Made by a program: the position numbers and the translations under genes
Shown here: piece by piece, positions 29,537 to 41,721 of the stretch
How positions within the stretch are numbered: the first letter of the stretch is position 1
How the letters are laid out: the number at the start of each line of letters is the position of its first letter
The notes under the pieces: generated by a model
Told to the model about the DNA's origin: nothing
Database searches by the model: none
What the model saw: the letters and a program-made list of their open reading frames with translations, nothing else
Origin: an uncultured Armatimonadia bacterium
GTDB lineage: Bacteria > Armatimonadota > Zipacnadia > CAVVLO01
NCBI GenBank assembly: GCA_963749155.1
Contig: CAVVLO010000003.1
Location: forward strand, 512,001 to 576,000
Direction: 5' to 3'
Length of the DNA stretch: 64,000 nucleotides

Positions 29537-32090
29537 ATGAACAGGTTCCTCAAAACGATAAAGACCCTTTGGATGCTTTCGATGCTTCTGGTTGGGCTTG
29601 CAGGATTGACCTGCTATGTGATGGCCGCTGAGCTACTCCCCTATCAGGATCCCTCCCAGCCTGAGGCCAGGCGCGTAGCTGACCTGCTGGGCAGGATGAC
29701 GCTTGAGGAGAAGTTCAGCCAGATGGGTCATAGCGCACCAGCTATCGACCGGCTGGGTATCGCCGCTCACAACTGGTGGAGCGAAGGCCTCCACGGGGTG
29801 CTGACGGGCGGTATCACGGTCTTCCCGCAGGCAATCGGGATGGCCAGCACCTGGAATCCAGAGCTCATCCACGAGGTCGCGACCGCCATCTCGGATGAGG
29901 CGCGAGTGAAGCATATGCAGGGCGCTGTCGGCCTGACCTTCTGGAGTCCAGTCATCAATATCGGGCGAGACCCGCGCTGGGGGCGCACTGAGGAAGGCTA
30001 CGGCGAGGATGTCTATCTGACTTCGCGGATCGCCGTCGCCTTCGTAAAAGGCTTCCAGGGAGACGATCCGCGTTATCTCAAGCTGGTCTCCACTCCCAAG
30101 CATTTTGCCGCCAATAATGAGGAATACAGGCGCGCTAATGGTTCTTCGACCGTGGATGAGCGCTCGCTTAGAGAGTATTACTTCCCAGCTTTCAAGACCT
30201 GTATTACTGAAGCGGGCGCCCAGTCGGTTATGTCAGCTTACAATGGCCTGAATGGCGTCCCTTGCACAGGCAACGAGTGGCTGCTTACCGAGGTGCTGCG
30301 CAAGGAATGGGGCTTCGATGGGTATGTGGTGTCGGACTGCGATGCCGTAGGGCTTATCCGCGATGGCCATCATTATGTGGCCACCCACGCAGAAGCCGCG
30401 GCGATGGCCCTTAAGGCAGGCTGCGACCTTAACTGCGGATCGACTTATCAGACCTCCCTCCACGAGGCGCTAGCTCAGGGGTTGATAACGGAAGCCGACC
30501 TCGATCGCGCGCTTGGGCGTCTGATGGCAGCCCGATTCAGGCTTGGGATGTTCGATCCGCCCGAACTGGTCCCCTATACGCGTATCTCGCCGGACGTCGT
30601 TGGCTCAAAACAGCATGTAGAACTGGCCCGAGAGACGGCGCGACAGTCCATCGTGCTGCTTAAGAACGACCCGCTACCTGCTACCGGCAAGCCCTTGCTT
30701 CCCCTCGACCCGAAAAAGCTCAAATCGGTGGCGGTGCTCGGGCCTAACGCAGCGGTATGCCGGTTCGGGGGTTACAGCGGCAGTCCGCTCAATCCCCCTG
30801 TCTCCCCACTTGATGGCATCAAGGCCGCCGCTGAGGGCAAGTTCGCTGTGAATTACGTCTCCTACTCGCTGGAGGAGGTCATCCCCACCGAGTATCTGCG
30901 TCCTGCCGAGGGTGAGGGCCAGGGGCTTACGGGGCATTACTTCGACAACAGCGAGCTGGCAGGGCAACCGGTGCTTGTCCGCCTCGATGCCAAAGTCGAC
31001 TTTATGTGGGGCGATGGTTCTCCGGATGCGAAAATCAAAAACGACAACTATTCGGCGCGCTGGACTGGCAAGCTGATTGCTCCGCGTTCTGGAGTCTATC
31101 GCCTGGGCGCGACGACCGATGATGGCGTGCGCTTGTGGCTCGATGGCAAGCTTCTTGTCGACCAATGGCACGAGCGCGGCGCCGCCACTGATCTGGCCAG
31201 CGTCACCCTCGAGGCCGGCCAGAGTTATGACTTGCGGATGGACTACTACGAAGCCGGCGGGACAACCGCTGCCAGGCTGGTCTGGGTGATGCCCAATCAG
31301 GCCCAGCCCGATGTCAGCCAGGACGATGTAAGCATCGTGGTGCTTGGCCTCGACAGCAGTATTGAGGCGGAAGGCAACGACCGCGAGACTCTAGGTCTGC
31401 CCGAAGACCAGGAGGCCTACATCAAGACTGTAGTCGCCTCCAATCCGCGCACGGTCGTGGTACTGGTGGCCGGCAGCCCCGTCGCCATCAACTGGATCAA
31501 AGACTCACGTGCCGGCGGTCATCCAGGCCTGGTACCCAGGCGAGCAGGGCGGCAACGCCATCGCGGACGTGCTGTTTGGGAAATACAATCCCGCCGGCAG
31601 ACTGCCGATGACCTGCTATCGGTCGCTCTCGCAGCTCCCACCTTTTGATGACTACGATGTCACGAAGGGGCGCACGTATATGTACCTCGAGAAGTCGCCC
31701 CTCTTCCCCTTCGGCCATGGGCTGAGCTACACCAGTTTTGCCTATTCCAACTTGAAAGTAAGCCCGAAGACCACTTCGGCGACCGGCACGGTGAAGGTAA
31801 GCCTGGACGTAACCAATGTCGGCGACCGCGACGGCGATGAGGTGGTGCAGCTCTACACGCACGATGTGGAATCGAGCGTGAAGCAGCCTCTCAAGCAACT
31901 CAGGAGCTTCCAGCGCCTCTCCCTGCGGAAGGGCGAGACTCGCCGAGTGACCTTCAACCTGGCCGCGGCTGACCTCACCTACTGGGATGTAGATAAGGAT
32001 GCCTTCGTTGTGGAGCCAGGCGAATTCGACATACTCGTCGGCGCCTCCTCAAGTGACATCAGGCTGAGGGACAAGATAACGATCAAGTAG
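29537..32090 (+). CDS. Secreted GH3 beta-glucosidase/xylosidase with PA14 insert and Fn3 domain (frameshift near 31505)
   Basis: WWSEGLHG, RDPRWGRTEEGYGED, KHF, VVSDC; PA14 DDGVRLWLDG; FPFGHGLSYT. Confidence 0.95.
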
Positions 32091-32104
32091 GAAGCCCTGA
32101 TATG

Positions 32105-32338
32105 GGGGTGCAAGGGTAAAACCCTTGCACCATCGAGGCTAGTTGGCGAGCGTAGAAGGCGAAAGGCGCAGGGGATGTGGTCAGGATCTCTCGATGGTGC
32201 AGGGATTGCATCCCTGCACCTCGTTAGTTGTCCGGCTTGGGTGCAAGGGTAAAACCCTTGCACCATCGAAGTTTTTTGCCCTCTGGTTTCGAGGACGTGT
32301 CACCGTTTGTTTCGGGAGCAAGCTCCCGAAACACGCGA
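32105..32338. repeat. REP-like mosaic (three B hairpins, one C)
   Basis: Same modules and linkers as 28692-29050 in permuted order. Confidence 0.88.
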
Positions 32339-32351
32339 TGAGTGGAGAGCC

Positions 32352-33608
32352 TTACTCCAGCCCGTAGAACTTCGCGGGGTTGTCGTGGAGCCAGGCCTTG
32401 CAGATGAATTTCGCGCCGTCGAGATCGAGCTTGCCACTCGCGATACGCTCCGCCAGGGCCTCGGCGATAGTCTCCCTCGCCATTACGAGATGGCCGTAGA
32501 CGTTTTCCACCGCCCAAGTATAGTCACCGCCGAAACCAAACACCTTGTTCACGGGCACGGTGTCCAGCAGTTCAGTGATGCTCCGGCGGGTTATCTCCTG
32601 GCTGACCGCGTAGCACCAGCCCAAATTGAGGTGGACGTTGGCAAAGCTCTTGGCGAGGAATATGGCCTCGCGCGCATAGGGCATCCCCAGGTGATAGACA
32701 TCCATCCTGAGCGCTGGGTAATGCTGAGCCAGCCCGATGACATGCTCCGGATGCAGGGGGCGGAAATCACCCCAGACGCCGGTGTGGATGGCCACTGGCC
32801 AGTCCCACTCCGAGGCCTTGCGTAGCACCCAGTCGCGCACCGTTGCCGCCAGGACAGGAGTCGCAGGCTTGCCAGTTTTGACATCCAGGTAGGCGGCGCG
32901 AGCGTCGCTGGTATCCGCTGACGGAAGGCACAGTGCGCGCAACTTGAAGCCAACCGCACCGGCGGCTCGGGCTCGCTGGAGACAGCCTTCGTAGGCTTCC
33001 AGGTACTCGTCCAGCGATGCCAGCTCCTTTCCGACTTCCTCTTCGAGTGAGTGGAGGAAGGTCAGACTGCCGAAGTCCACACTGGCGTCGTGCCTGAAGA
33101 GGGGCGTGAGCAGGTCCGGGGGATCCTGCCCCTCTACCTGGCCATTCTGTACCAGGGCTGTGCGGAGGTTGCACTTGTCGCGCAGGATCCGGTGATAAAG
33201 GCCCTTCGTATTGGCGGCCTGCAACCGCGCGGAGACCTCCTGGTAGTTGGAGTCACCAAGACCTTCGATGTCGAAGAGGTCGCGCAAGGCGATGGCGCTC
33301 GGGCGATAGTAGGTGCCAAAGTGTATCTGCTGCAGCCAGGGCCAGGCGAGCTTCCAGCGCTCTTCCAGCGGTATGGTCGTATCCAGGAAGAAGTTTCTGT
33401 TTCTGCCGCTGGCAAGGCCCTCGGTGGGCATCCCGGCACTCACCGCGTCCACGAAAGTGTACTGATAGAAGAGCGTCAGCACATCGACTTGCCTCTCGAC
33501 CCGGCGATACTCGGGCACAAGATGCTCGTGACAGTCCACACTGGTAAGCCCGCTCAGCCAGCCGATAAGGTCATCGCGGACTTGCTCATAGCGGGCCGAA
33601 AGGTTCAT
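32352..33608 (-). CDS. Amidohydrolase family protein (uronate isomerase-like), paralog 1
   Basis: DCHEH, GAVGFK, IHTG, YHLGMPY, FGGDY; 1257 nt. Confidence 0.88.
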   Translation of the reverse strand: MNLSARYEQVRDDLIGWLSGLTSVDCHEHLVPEYRRVERQVDVLTLFYQYTFVDAVSAGMPTEGLASGRNRNFFLDTTIPLEERWKLAWPWLQQIHFGTYYRPSAIALRDLFDIEGLGDSNYQEVSARLQAANTKGLYHRILRDKCNLRTALVQNGQVEGQDPPDLLTPLFRHDASVDFGSLTFLHSLEEEVGKELASLDEYLEAYEGCLQRARAAGAVGFKLRALCLPSADTSDARAAYLDVKTGKPATPVLAATVRDWVLRKASEWDWPVAIHTGVWGDFRPLHPEHVIGLAQHYPALRMDVYHLGMPYAREAIFLAKSFANVHLNLGWCYAVSQEITRRSITELLDTVPVNKVFGFGGDYTWAVENVYGHLVMARETIAEALAERIASGKLDLDGAKFICKAWLHDNPAKFYGLE

Positions 33609-33676
33609 CGGTGAAGGCTCCTTTGCCCAAGGTGAAACGATGCTGCCCCTGCGCCAGCGGCGCCCTCTCCCCTGGC

Positions 33677-33820
33677 GTGTATCGGGAGCTTGCTCCCGAT
33701 ACCTCCTCCGGGCTTTAGGATCGTAGTAGGGGCGGGTCTGAGACCCGCCCAGTTTTTTGCCCTCTGGTTTCGAGGACGTGTCACCGTTTGTTTCGGGAGC
33801 AAGCTCCCGAAACACGCGAT
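33677..33820. repeat. REP-like mosaic (C, A, C)
   Basis: GTATCGGGAGCTTGCTCCCGATAC; GTAGGGGCGGGTCTGAGACCCGCCC; GTTTCGGGAGCAAGCTCCCGAAAC. Confidence 0.88.
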
Positions 33821-33832
33821 GAGTGGAGAGCC

Positions 33833-35089
33833 TTACTCCAGCCCGTAGAACTTCGCGGGGTTGTCGTGGAGCCAGGCCTCCGAGATGAATTTGGCGCCGT
33901 CGAGATCGAGCTTGCCACTCGCGATGCGCTCCGCCAGGGCCTCGGCGATAGTCTCCCTCGCCATTACGAGATGGCCGTAGACGTTCTCCACCGCCCAGAT
34001 GTAGTCCGCGCCAAACCCGAACACCTTGTTGACCGGCACCGTGTCCAGCAGTTCGTTGATGGTGCGACGAGTTATCTCCTGGCTGACCGCATAACACCAG
34101 CACAGGTTGAGGTGCACGTTGGCGAAGCTCTTGGCGAGGAAGACAGCCTCGCGCGCATACGGCATCCCGAGGTGGTAGACCTCCATCCGGGTGCCTGGAT
34201 GGCGCATAGCCAGGTCGATGACATTTTCCGGCTGCATCAGACGGAAGTCGTTCCACACGCCAGTGTGGATTGCGATAGGCCAGTCCCACTCCCCGGCTTT
34301 GCGAAGCACCCAGTCGCGTACCGTGCCCGCCAGGACAGGCGCCGCGGGCTTGCCGGCCTTTACCTCGAGATAGGCGAGACGGGCGGCGTCCATATCCGCC
34401 TGGGGAAACACCAAAGCGCCGATCTTGAACCCCACCGCGCCGGCTGAACGCGCCTTCAGGAGGTGCGTTTCGAAGGCTTCGAGATACTCGTCCAGGGTCG
34501 CAAGGGGCTTCCCCACTTCCTCCTCCAGCGCCGAGAGGAACATCGTATGGCAGAAATCGTAGCTTGCGGTGTTGCTGAAGAGGGGCGTGAAGAGGTCAGC
34601 GGGGTCCTGCCCCTCCACCATACCGTTCTGCACGATGGCGGTGCGGATATTACACTTGTCGCGCAGGATGCGGTGATAGAGGCCTTTGGTGTTGGCGGCC
34701 TGCATCCGCGCGGAGATTTCCTGATAGTTATCCTCGCCCAGTTCTGTCACATCGTAGAGGTCGCGCAAGGCGAGGGCACTTGGGCGATAATAGGTGCCAA
34801 AGCGGATCTGCTGCAGCCAGGGCCAGGCGAGCTTCCAGCGCTCTTCAAGCGGCATATTGGTGTCGAGGAAGAAGTTCCCTCCGATGCCGTTTGCCAGGCC
34901 TTCGGTCGGCATCCCGGCGCTCATCGTGTCGACGAAGGCGTAGAGCGAGAACAGTGTCAGCACATCTACCTGACGCTCCAGACGGCGGTATTCGGGGACC
35001 AGATGCTCGTGGCAGTCGATGATGGTGAGGCCGCTCATATGCGCGATGAGGTCGTTCCGGGCTTCTTCATAGCGGTTGGAGAGGTTCAT
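33833..35089 (-). CDS. Amidohydrolase family protein, paralog 2
   Basis: Same motifs and same 1257-nt length as 32352-33608. Confidence 0.88.
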   Translation of the reverse strand: MNLSNRYEEARNDLIAHMSGLTIIDCHEHLVPEYRRLERQVDVLTLFSLYAFVDTMSAGMPTEGLANGIGGNFFLDTNMPLEERWKLAWPWLQQIRFGTYYRPSALALRDLYDVTELGEDNYQEISARMQAANTKGLYHRILRDKCNIRTAIVQNGMVEGQDPADLFTPLFSNTASYDFCHTMFLSALEEEVGKPLATLDEYLEAFETHLLKARSAGAVGFKIGALVFPQADMDAARLAYLEVKAGKPAAPVLAGTVRDWVLRKAGEWDWPIAIHTGVWNDFRLMQPENVIDLAMRHPGTRMEVYHLGMPYAREAVFLAKSFANVHLNLCWCYAVSQEITRRTINELLDTVPVNKVFGFGADYIWAVENVYGHLVMARETIAEALAERIASGKLDLDGAKFISEAWLHDNPAKFYGLE

Positions 35090-35260
35090 TACTAAGGACT
35101 CCTTTCCATCAGGCAAATATTTGGTCACTAATTGCGATGTTAGCCCATAGAAAAGGTATTAAGCAAGGAAGGGAAAACGCCAATCTAGGGTAAAATGGAA
35201 ACAGCAGACCGCCAGTTGCCCGACGGGCTGGTGTAAGAGTGTGCCAAGGGGAGGGTTCTG

Positions 35261-36171
35261 ATGCGCAAATTTTCAACTGATTGGGCGCGCCTTATCGCTT
35301 TAATGGTCGCGCTCAGCCTTAACGCTTCTCATTGCCGCCGGTTGCGGCGGAGGCGGGGGCACAAGCGCCACTCCGCTGACTGTGGACGAAGCGGCCACGC
35401 TAACACGGGAAGCAAGCTCGCCCACCGGACCGCTACCACCCGAGCTCGAGAGCACTTTTATGGAAGTGCTGGTCATCAGCGGGGGCGCATATCTTGACAG
35501 CAAAGCGGCCGAGGCGCGGGCAATTGGCGAAGATTATGATTTCACAGTAAACGGTATCCACTTCGTGGGCGCAAGTTCGGTGGACGACCTGACGGGCGCC
35601 ATCTCGGGCAGTGGCACCATCCAGGGCACGCTGGCAGGCACGGACACCCCTGCTGACGGGACTGTAGTGGACCTAACCCACAGCTTCAGTATGTGGCTCT
35701 CCTTTACCCAGACAGTCGCTGGCAGTATCACCCCGCCAGGCGAGCCCACTTACGGCATCGACAGAACCTGGGAAGGCACTTTTAATGGCTCTGTGGCGGC
35801 TTTTACAGACGAGACAGAACTCACCTATGATGGAGTCTGGGTCTTCCGCAACTCCCTCGAGATGACAGTTGACGTAACGGGCGAGGACTTCGTACTGACG
35901 CAGGACGGCACCTCTGAGGCGCGCAAGAGCGATGACTCAGGGGCGGGAGTAGAAGTAGTCTTCGACCAGGTGAGTTATTATCTGGACGATGATTTCCAGC
36001 CGTATTATACGGCGGGCACTATCAGCGTCGAGAGTTATGATGGATACACTGCCGAATTGACAGTGCAGCCTGATGGCACGATGCAGGGCGACCTCGTACG
36101 ATCCGGCGGATGTGCTGGTTGGCACGCTCACGCTGGAGGGGTGGCTCCTCTCCTTCGTCGAAGTCGTCTAG
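35261..36171 (+). CDS. Acidic beta-rich hypothetical lipoprotein (frameshifts near 35320 and 36098)
   Basis: MRKFSTDWARLIALMVAL then LIAAGCGGGGG in the shifted frame; ends LLSFVEVV* just before a terminator. Confidence 0.7.
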
Positions 36172-36193
36172 CAACTTGCCGAACAAGTGAAGC

Positions 36194-36228
36194 AAAAAGC
36201 CCGGGCCAAAGTGGCTCGGGCTTTTTTA
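36194..36228 (+). terminator. Intrinsic terminator
   Basis: AAAAAGCCCGGGCCA-aag-TGGCTCGGGCTTTTTT. Confidence 0.85.
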
Positions 36229-36239
36229 TGGCGTCTTTC

Positions 36240-36675
36240 CCTCTGGTTTCGGCCCTGAAAGGGTGCAAGGGTAGAACCCTTGCACCATCGGTTTTCAAGG
36301 GTCTGATGGTGCAGGGGCTCGGCCCCTGCACCTTATGGTTTCGGGAACAAGTTCCCGAAACACGCGGTAGGCGTCTGGCATCGGCGCGTCGAAGGGGCGG
36401 GTCTGAGACCCGCCCAGCCTTCTCGCGTGCTCTCTCCGAAGGGTGCAGGGTGACCGTGGTCTGGAGACCCGCCCAGCCTTTCTCGCGTGCTCTCTCCGAA
36501 AGGGTGCAAGGGTAGAACCCTTGCACCATCGGTTTTTGGAGACCCGCCCAGCCTTTATTTGTGTGTTTTGAAAGGGTGCAAGGGTAGAACCCTTGCACCA
36601 TCGGTTTCTGGAGACCCGCCCAGCCTTCTGCGGCGCGAAGCGAAACCGGGGTGCAGGGGCGAGTCGCCCCTGCGC
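36240..36675. repeat. REP-like mosaic with short tandem B + half-A units
   Basis: GGGTGCAAGGGTAGAACCCTTGCACCATCGGTTT at ~36261, 36502, 36573; GAGACCCGCCCAGCCTT four times. Confidence 0.88.
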
Positions 36676-36695
36676 TCTTCCCCAGATTTGGGCGC

Positions 36696-38620
36696 TTACA
36701 CCATATCTCCAAACCGGTCGTCGATATAGGCGACGCCGCGGCTCTTGTCGTCGAAAGCATCGGCGCGATAGGGCCACAGGCAGAAAGCGAAGTCGTCTGT
36801 CAGGCGCACGGCCTTCACCACGAGGCGGTTGGGGCCGGCCTTCAGCTTGCAGCCAATCCACGCCTCGTTGGTCGTCCACGAGGTCGACTTCTCGGTGCGG
36901 TAGACCTCTTCCCCGTTGACCCACATCACGAAGGGGCCGACGTTGCCGCCGATGAGCACCTGGTCGCAGTCGAAGGGGGCGACGAACTCCCGGGTGAAGT
37001 AATAGCAGGCCTCGCCTGTGAAGCCGCCCATATCGTCCTGGTCGAAGTAGTCGGTTGAGCTCTCCAGCTTGAAGGGGTACTCCTCCGGCAGCGGCCCGGC
37101 CAGCAGTGCCGCCTCGTCCAGGTACGGCTTGGTTAGGTAGGCATACTGATGGGAGCCTGCCCTGCCGCAGCCGGCCAGATGAGGGTTCTTCTTCACCTCG
37201 GCGTTGTGGAAGGGGCACACCTCCCCGTATTGCTCGATGTCGTAGATGTCCCAGTAAGGGCCGTAGAGGGTCCATTGGCGCGCGCCGGCCAGGCCAAAAG
37301 TCAGGAGAGTTGCCCTTCTCCCTCCCAGCGCAGCTCGAAGAGATTCTTGTCCATCAGAGGGCCGGCGCCTTCGCGCCTGCCAACGGTGAAGCCGACCACC
37401 TGCGACTCGCCCTCGGCAAGTTCCAACTCGACCTGCTGGGGCGAAACGCGCACGCCCTCGGGCGGGGTGAGCGAGAGAACACCCTGCTTGCGACCGCCGT
37501 TGTTCTCGACCAGCACCTCGACGTCGGTCGTGCGTTCCGCCCAGAGGGTCGGCGCGCCGAGGTAGGCAACGTTCAGTTCAACCTCGCTCACTTCCGGCCA
37601 GCGCACATGCACCAGTGGGGCCGAGGTGATCTCGACCAGCGGACTGCGAGCCAGGGTGACCTCGACACCGACCCGGGCGGTGTCCTCGGAGAACTCCGAA
37701 AGGAGAGACGTCTTGTGCGCGACCTCTACATCGCAGGCGAGGCGATCGCCGAGGCGCTCCTTCCAAGGGGCGGGGATGGCCTCGCCACCGATCAGGATAC
37801 CAAGCAGCGCGCCGACGGTCGCGGCGGTGCAGTCGGTGTCCCAGCCGGAGTTCAGCGAGATAAGCAAGGTCTGGTCGAAGTCTCCCTCGCCCAGCCTCAG
37901 GGCCATCTGCAGCAGCGCCTGGTTGGTTATGGCTTTGCTGCAGTCGCGATGACCCCAGCGGCGGATGATATCGGTCCAGGCCTGCTGCCAGTCATCGGTG
38001 CACTCGCACAGCAACTCTACCTCGCGCGTAACCTCGGCAAGCTCCGAGTCGGGCGGGATAACCGCAAGCCCGGCGTCCAGGCACTCTTCTACCGTACTGC
38101 AGAAGAAGGCCTCGGCCGCTGCGGCAGCGAGGAAACTTTCCGCATAGACACTGGTGCGGATGTGATCGAGCTGGCCATCTTGCCTCGCGTAGTGAGCGGC
38201 AAGCTCGGGATTGCCCGGGCAGATGACACCCCAGATCTCGCTGCGGATGGGGCAGCCCATAGACTCGCGGAACCACTTGTTGTTGAAGCCGCCCGACAGC
38301 GGCGGTGCGATGCCGCGCTGCCAGTTGTAAAGGAAGGAGCCATATTCTGCAAAGTTGTACCAGCAGTGGTCCTGCCAATACTGCGCCAGGTCCCGGCTGG
38401 TGATGAAGGGGCCCTTCTCCTCAAGCAGCTCGAGCCAGACGACCTGGATGTCGAGATCATCGTTGGGCATTATCTCGGCGGGCCAACAGTCATCCAGGCA
38501 GAAGTCCATCCTCAGCTTGTGGCCCTCCACCGGGGCGCCAATAGTGCCCCCAACGGATTTCCCAATCCAGGCGCCTAGAATCTTGTCAACGTAGGTGGGG
38601 TATTCGATTGCGCGTTTCAC
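36696..38620 (-). CDS. ADP-ribosylglycohydrolase-fold protein with C-terminal beta domains (frameshift near 37300)
   Basis: GAWIGKSVGGTIGAPVEG, NDDLD, MGCPIRSEIWG, GWDTDCTAATVG. Confidence 0.88.
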
Positions 38621-38642
38621 AGCTAATCCTCTCCTGATTAAC

Positions 38643-41600
38643 TTACTGCCCCAAAGGGGCTGTTATTTCCAGAGTCTGGGCGACTTCTGCCCGGCGGTAC
38701 TTTCACAAACAACAGGCCCGGTCCGGCACATACAGCCAGCCCGATGGGACCGCATCGTCGAACTGGCCCACTTCAGGCACTTCCGCGCCGGCGCAGGTTA
38801 CTCCGGTCGGTTTGCCAAGTCCAGCCAGCAGCACGAGATAGCTCTGCGGCTGGGGCTTCTCCAGCACGAGCTTCAACCCTCCATCCGCAAGAGGGGCCGC
38901 GTCGGTGACTTTGGCTGAGGTGGTCCAGCGCACTTCCTTCCCCGCAAGTGTGGCGGTGGAGGTCGTCCAGGATTCGTCCTCGCCCAGCATCCGGACGAAG
39001 TGCTTCACGATTATGAGCGGGTTGATACCAGGGCCGCCAGGTGTCTTGCTACCCGTCTGCATAAAGTCGGGATACAGCCCAAGCTGCTCGCCCTCGTCAT
39101 ACTGCCAGCGATGGCCTGCTTCGGCGATATAGAGAGCGGTCATCCCCCAGGGAAAGGTGAGCTTGCCCAGGCTCTCCTCCATCTCGGCCAGGTCAAACAG
39201 GGCGGTTGCGAACTCCAGCCCCACCCATTGCACCGGGCGGCCTGGCCACCATTCGTGGCCCAGCACCGAGACCGTACTGCCAAACATAAGCGGCCAGTCG
39301 GGATAGCTCCACCAGTAGATGAAGGGTAGACTGATGGTCGCCCAATAGCGCGCCTGGTCGATATACTTCAGGTCTTTTGTGAGGCGGTAGGCCGCAAGGC
39401 AGCAGCGGATGCCCAGGCCGGCGGCGCGCAGATTAGGATCGTGAAGCTGGATCTCCCACACCTCGGCGCCCTCGGGCCGCTCGAGCGTCTCCATAAAATC
39501 ACAGGCTTTGAGGCCAGCAGCGGTGAGCTCGCGGATCGCCTGTATACTCGGCCCAGGTCAGGATTGGCAACGCCGCCATCGCGGTCGTACCGAGAGAAGT
39601 GTCGCCCTCCTTCCCCGTTGGCTCGCCTTGCCATAGTATCTCGTGATAGGGGAAGGACCCATCGGCGCGCTGCTCCGCGAGGGAGGCCTTTGCCGCCCCA
39701 TATTCGCCCATCAGCGCGGTAGGATTCAGCCCCCACTGCCAGCACAGGTCCCGCGTGAACAAGCCACCCCGACCCTCCGCTTTCGCGCGGTCAAGGGCCG
39801 TCTCGACCACTGCGGCGGTCTGGGCGACCTGGGCTGGGTCGAGGTCCAGCTTGTCCTCGCCCGCCAACTCGACAACCTTCCAGAGATACCAGACCAGATC
39901 GGGCGCGAGCCAGTTCTTGCTGCCGCCAAGCTCGGGAAGCTGCGAACTCCACATCGCGGTATCGGGGTGCCAAAGGGTCTTCGTGAAAGCCGCCAGGCTG
40001 AGGTTCAGGGCCTCCGAGGGCGATACAAGCTGGCGCTCATCTCCCGGCACAGGGAAGCCTTCGCGCCTAAAGTAATCCAGCACCAGTGTGGGAAGCTCTC
40101 TCTCCGCCTGGGTTGTTAGCGTTGCGCTCAGAGTAAGCGCCTTGCCGGCACCCAGTTGGTAGGGCCTGGCGGGCGCAGAATCGTTCTCGGCAAGCCAGTC
40201 CGGGACACTCGGCAGCGCCAGTTCGAGCAGATGGTTGTCGTAACCCTCAAGCCAGTTGGGTGAGGCGAAGCGCGCGGTCGGGTAGCGGTGCTCGCCATCC
40301 CATTTCTGCAGAGGATCCCACATAAGGCCCGCCGAGAGGCCGGCCTTCAGCACAAACATATAGGGGAAGGTGACCATCCCCGGCTGCGGCTGGAAGCGCG
40401 GACTGCGCCCGCTGGAGGGCTCTCCGGCAAGCAGCATATCGGCCGAGGCGAAGAGGGCCCAGTCCTTTTCCGCGCCGAAGCTGCCCTCACCCGGATAGAG
40501 GCGCAAGGCCGTGAATCGCAGCAACTCGGCGTCCCCATCACAGGTGAGACTGCTCTGGACTGGCAGAAAACCGCCAGGCTCGAAACGAAACCGGACGGTC
40601 AGTGTCCAGGTTCGTCCCAAGCTGTCGGAGGCCTGACCGCTCAGTTCTGTCTTGTTCTCTAGCAGGGCCGGCTTGTCAGTGAAGACAAACCGCAGCAACT
40701 CTGGCTTGCCTTCCTCTCCCAGGCAGGTTACCTGACCGAGCCAGGGCAGCACAGCGGTGGTCGTCCACTGGCCTGCCTGTTTTGCCTGCAGCAGCGCGGG
40801 ACCCCACTCCTCCCCCATCGGCAGGAAGAGCAGTCGCTGCGCCTCATCCCCCAGCGGGGCGCCCTGCTGGAGCGCGTTGGAAGAGACAATTGGCGCCTGG
40901 GTAAGGCTCTCGGCAAGCAGGTTGCCCTCCTTATCAAGCAGCCGAACGCGCAGTTCGCGCAGGCCAGCAAAAGCAGGCAACCAGCGAAAAGTGAGGAGGC
41001 TCTCAGCGCCTGATTCCAGGGCCGGTAAAGCGAGGCGCAGTGCTTTGTCGGGCAACTCGCTTTCGCCACAGCCAAGCAGTTCCAGCGCGCAGGGGCTGGA
41101 GGGCTGGCCGCCGGTGTTCCGCGCCATAACGGTGATGGTGGTTTCCTTCCCCACGGTACTGAGGACCGCCGCGGGCCTCACGCTGACCAGTTCGAGCCGC
41201 GGTCCGACCTCATGGAAAGCGATCTGGGCCAGTTCAATCGTCGAAGCAGGGCCAACGCCGAGGATCAGGTGAGCGAAAGCGGCCCCCTCCGGCGCGCGGA
41301 AGTCGCCTCCGTGCGGGGTGAAGCTGGCCGGGATATTGGCGCCCTTCCAGTCATTGGCGTAGCTGAGATGGCGATGCTGGGCATCGAGCCAGTCGATTGT
41401 CACCTTATAGCCTGACTGACCTTCCGGCTCGCGCACAAGGCAGGTCAGAGAGTAGAGGACGCCGCTTTGCACTGGGAAAGGAGTGGAAGAGACTTGCGTC
41501 TCGACGCCTGCCGCACCTCTCTCGGTCAGCCGGATAGCAGGCCCGACAGGGGTATCAACGAGGGCGACCTCACCAGTTGGGCCTGGGTTGCTGGCCCAAT

Positions 41601-41721
41601 TTGCAAGCCCCTCGGAGAAGTCGGCGTTCAGTACCAGATTCGGGGTAGCCCAGCCTGAATCCTGGGCCAGACAAGGCAAAACAAAGAGCAGCAGCACTAG
41701 CAAGGCTAGCCAGAAGGGCAT
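38643..41721 (-). CDS. Secreted modular protein: CBM4/9-like, CARDB/Ig-like, C-terminal alpha-toroid (frameshifts near 39500 and 38715; 3' end approximate)
   Basis: Signal peptide; NLVLNADFSEG; RNTGGQPS; RPEGAEVWEIQLHDPNLRAAG; AYRLTKDLKYIDQARYWA. Confidence 0.7.

Noticed and set aside
32352..34289. 645-aa ORF appearing to extend amidohydrolase paralog 1
   Set aside because: The extension is an off-frame read of paralog 2 plus REP DNA; the true start is MNLSARY at 33608 by alignment with the paralog
35195..35260. Possible riboswitch upstream of the lipoprotein
   Set aside because: Only a short hairpin; no recognisable aptamer consensus
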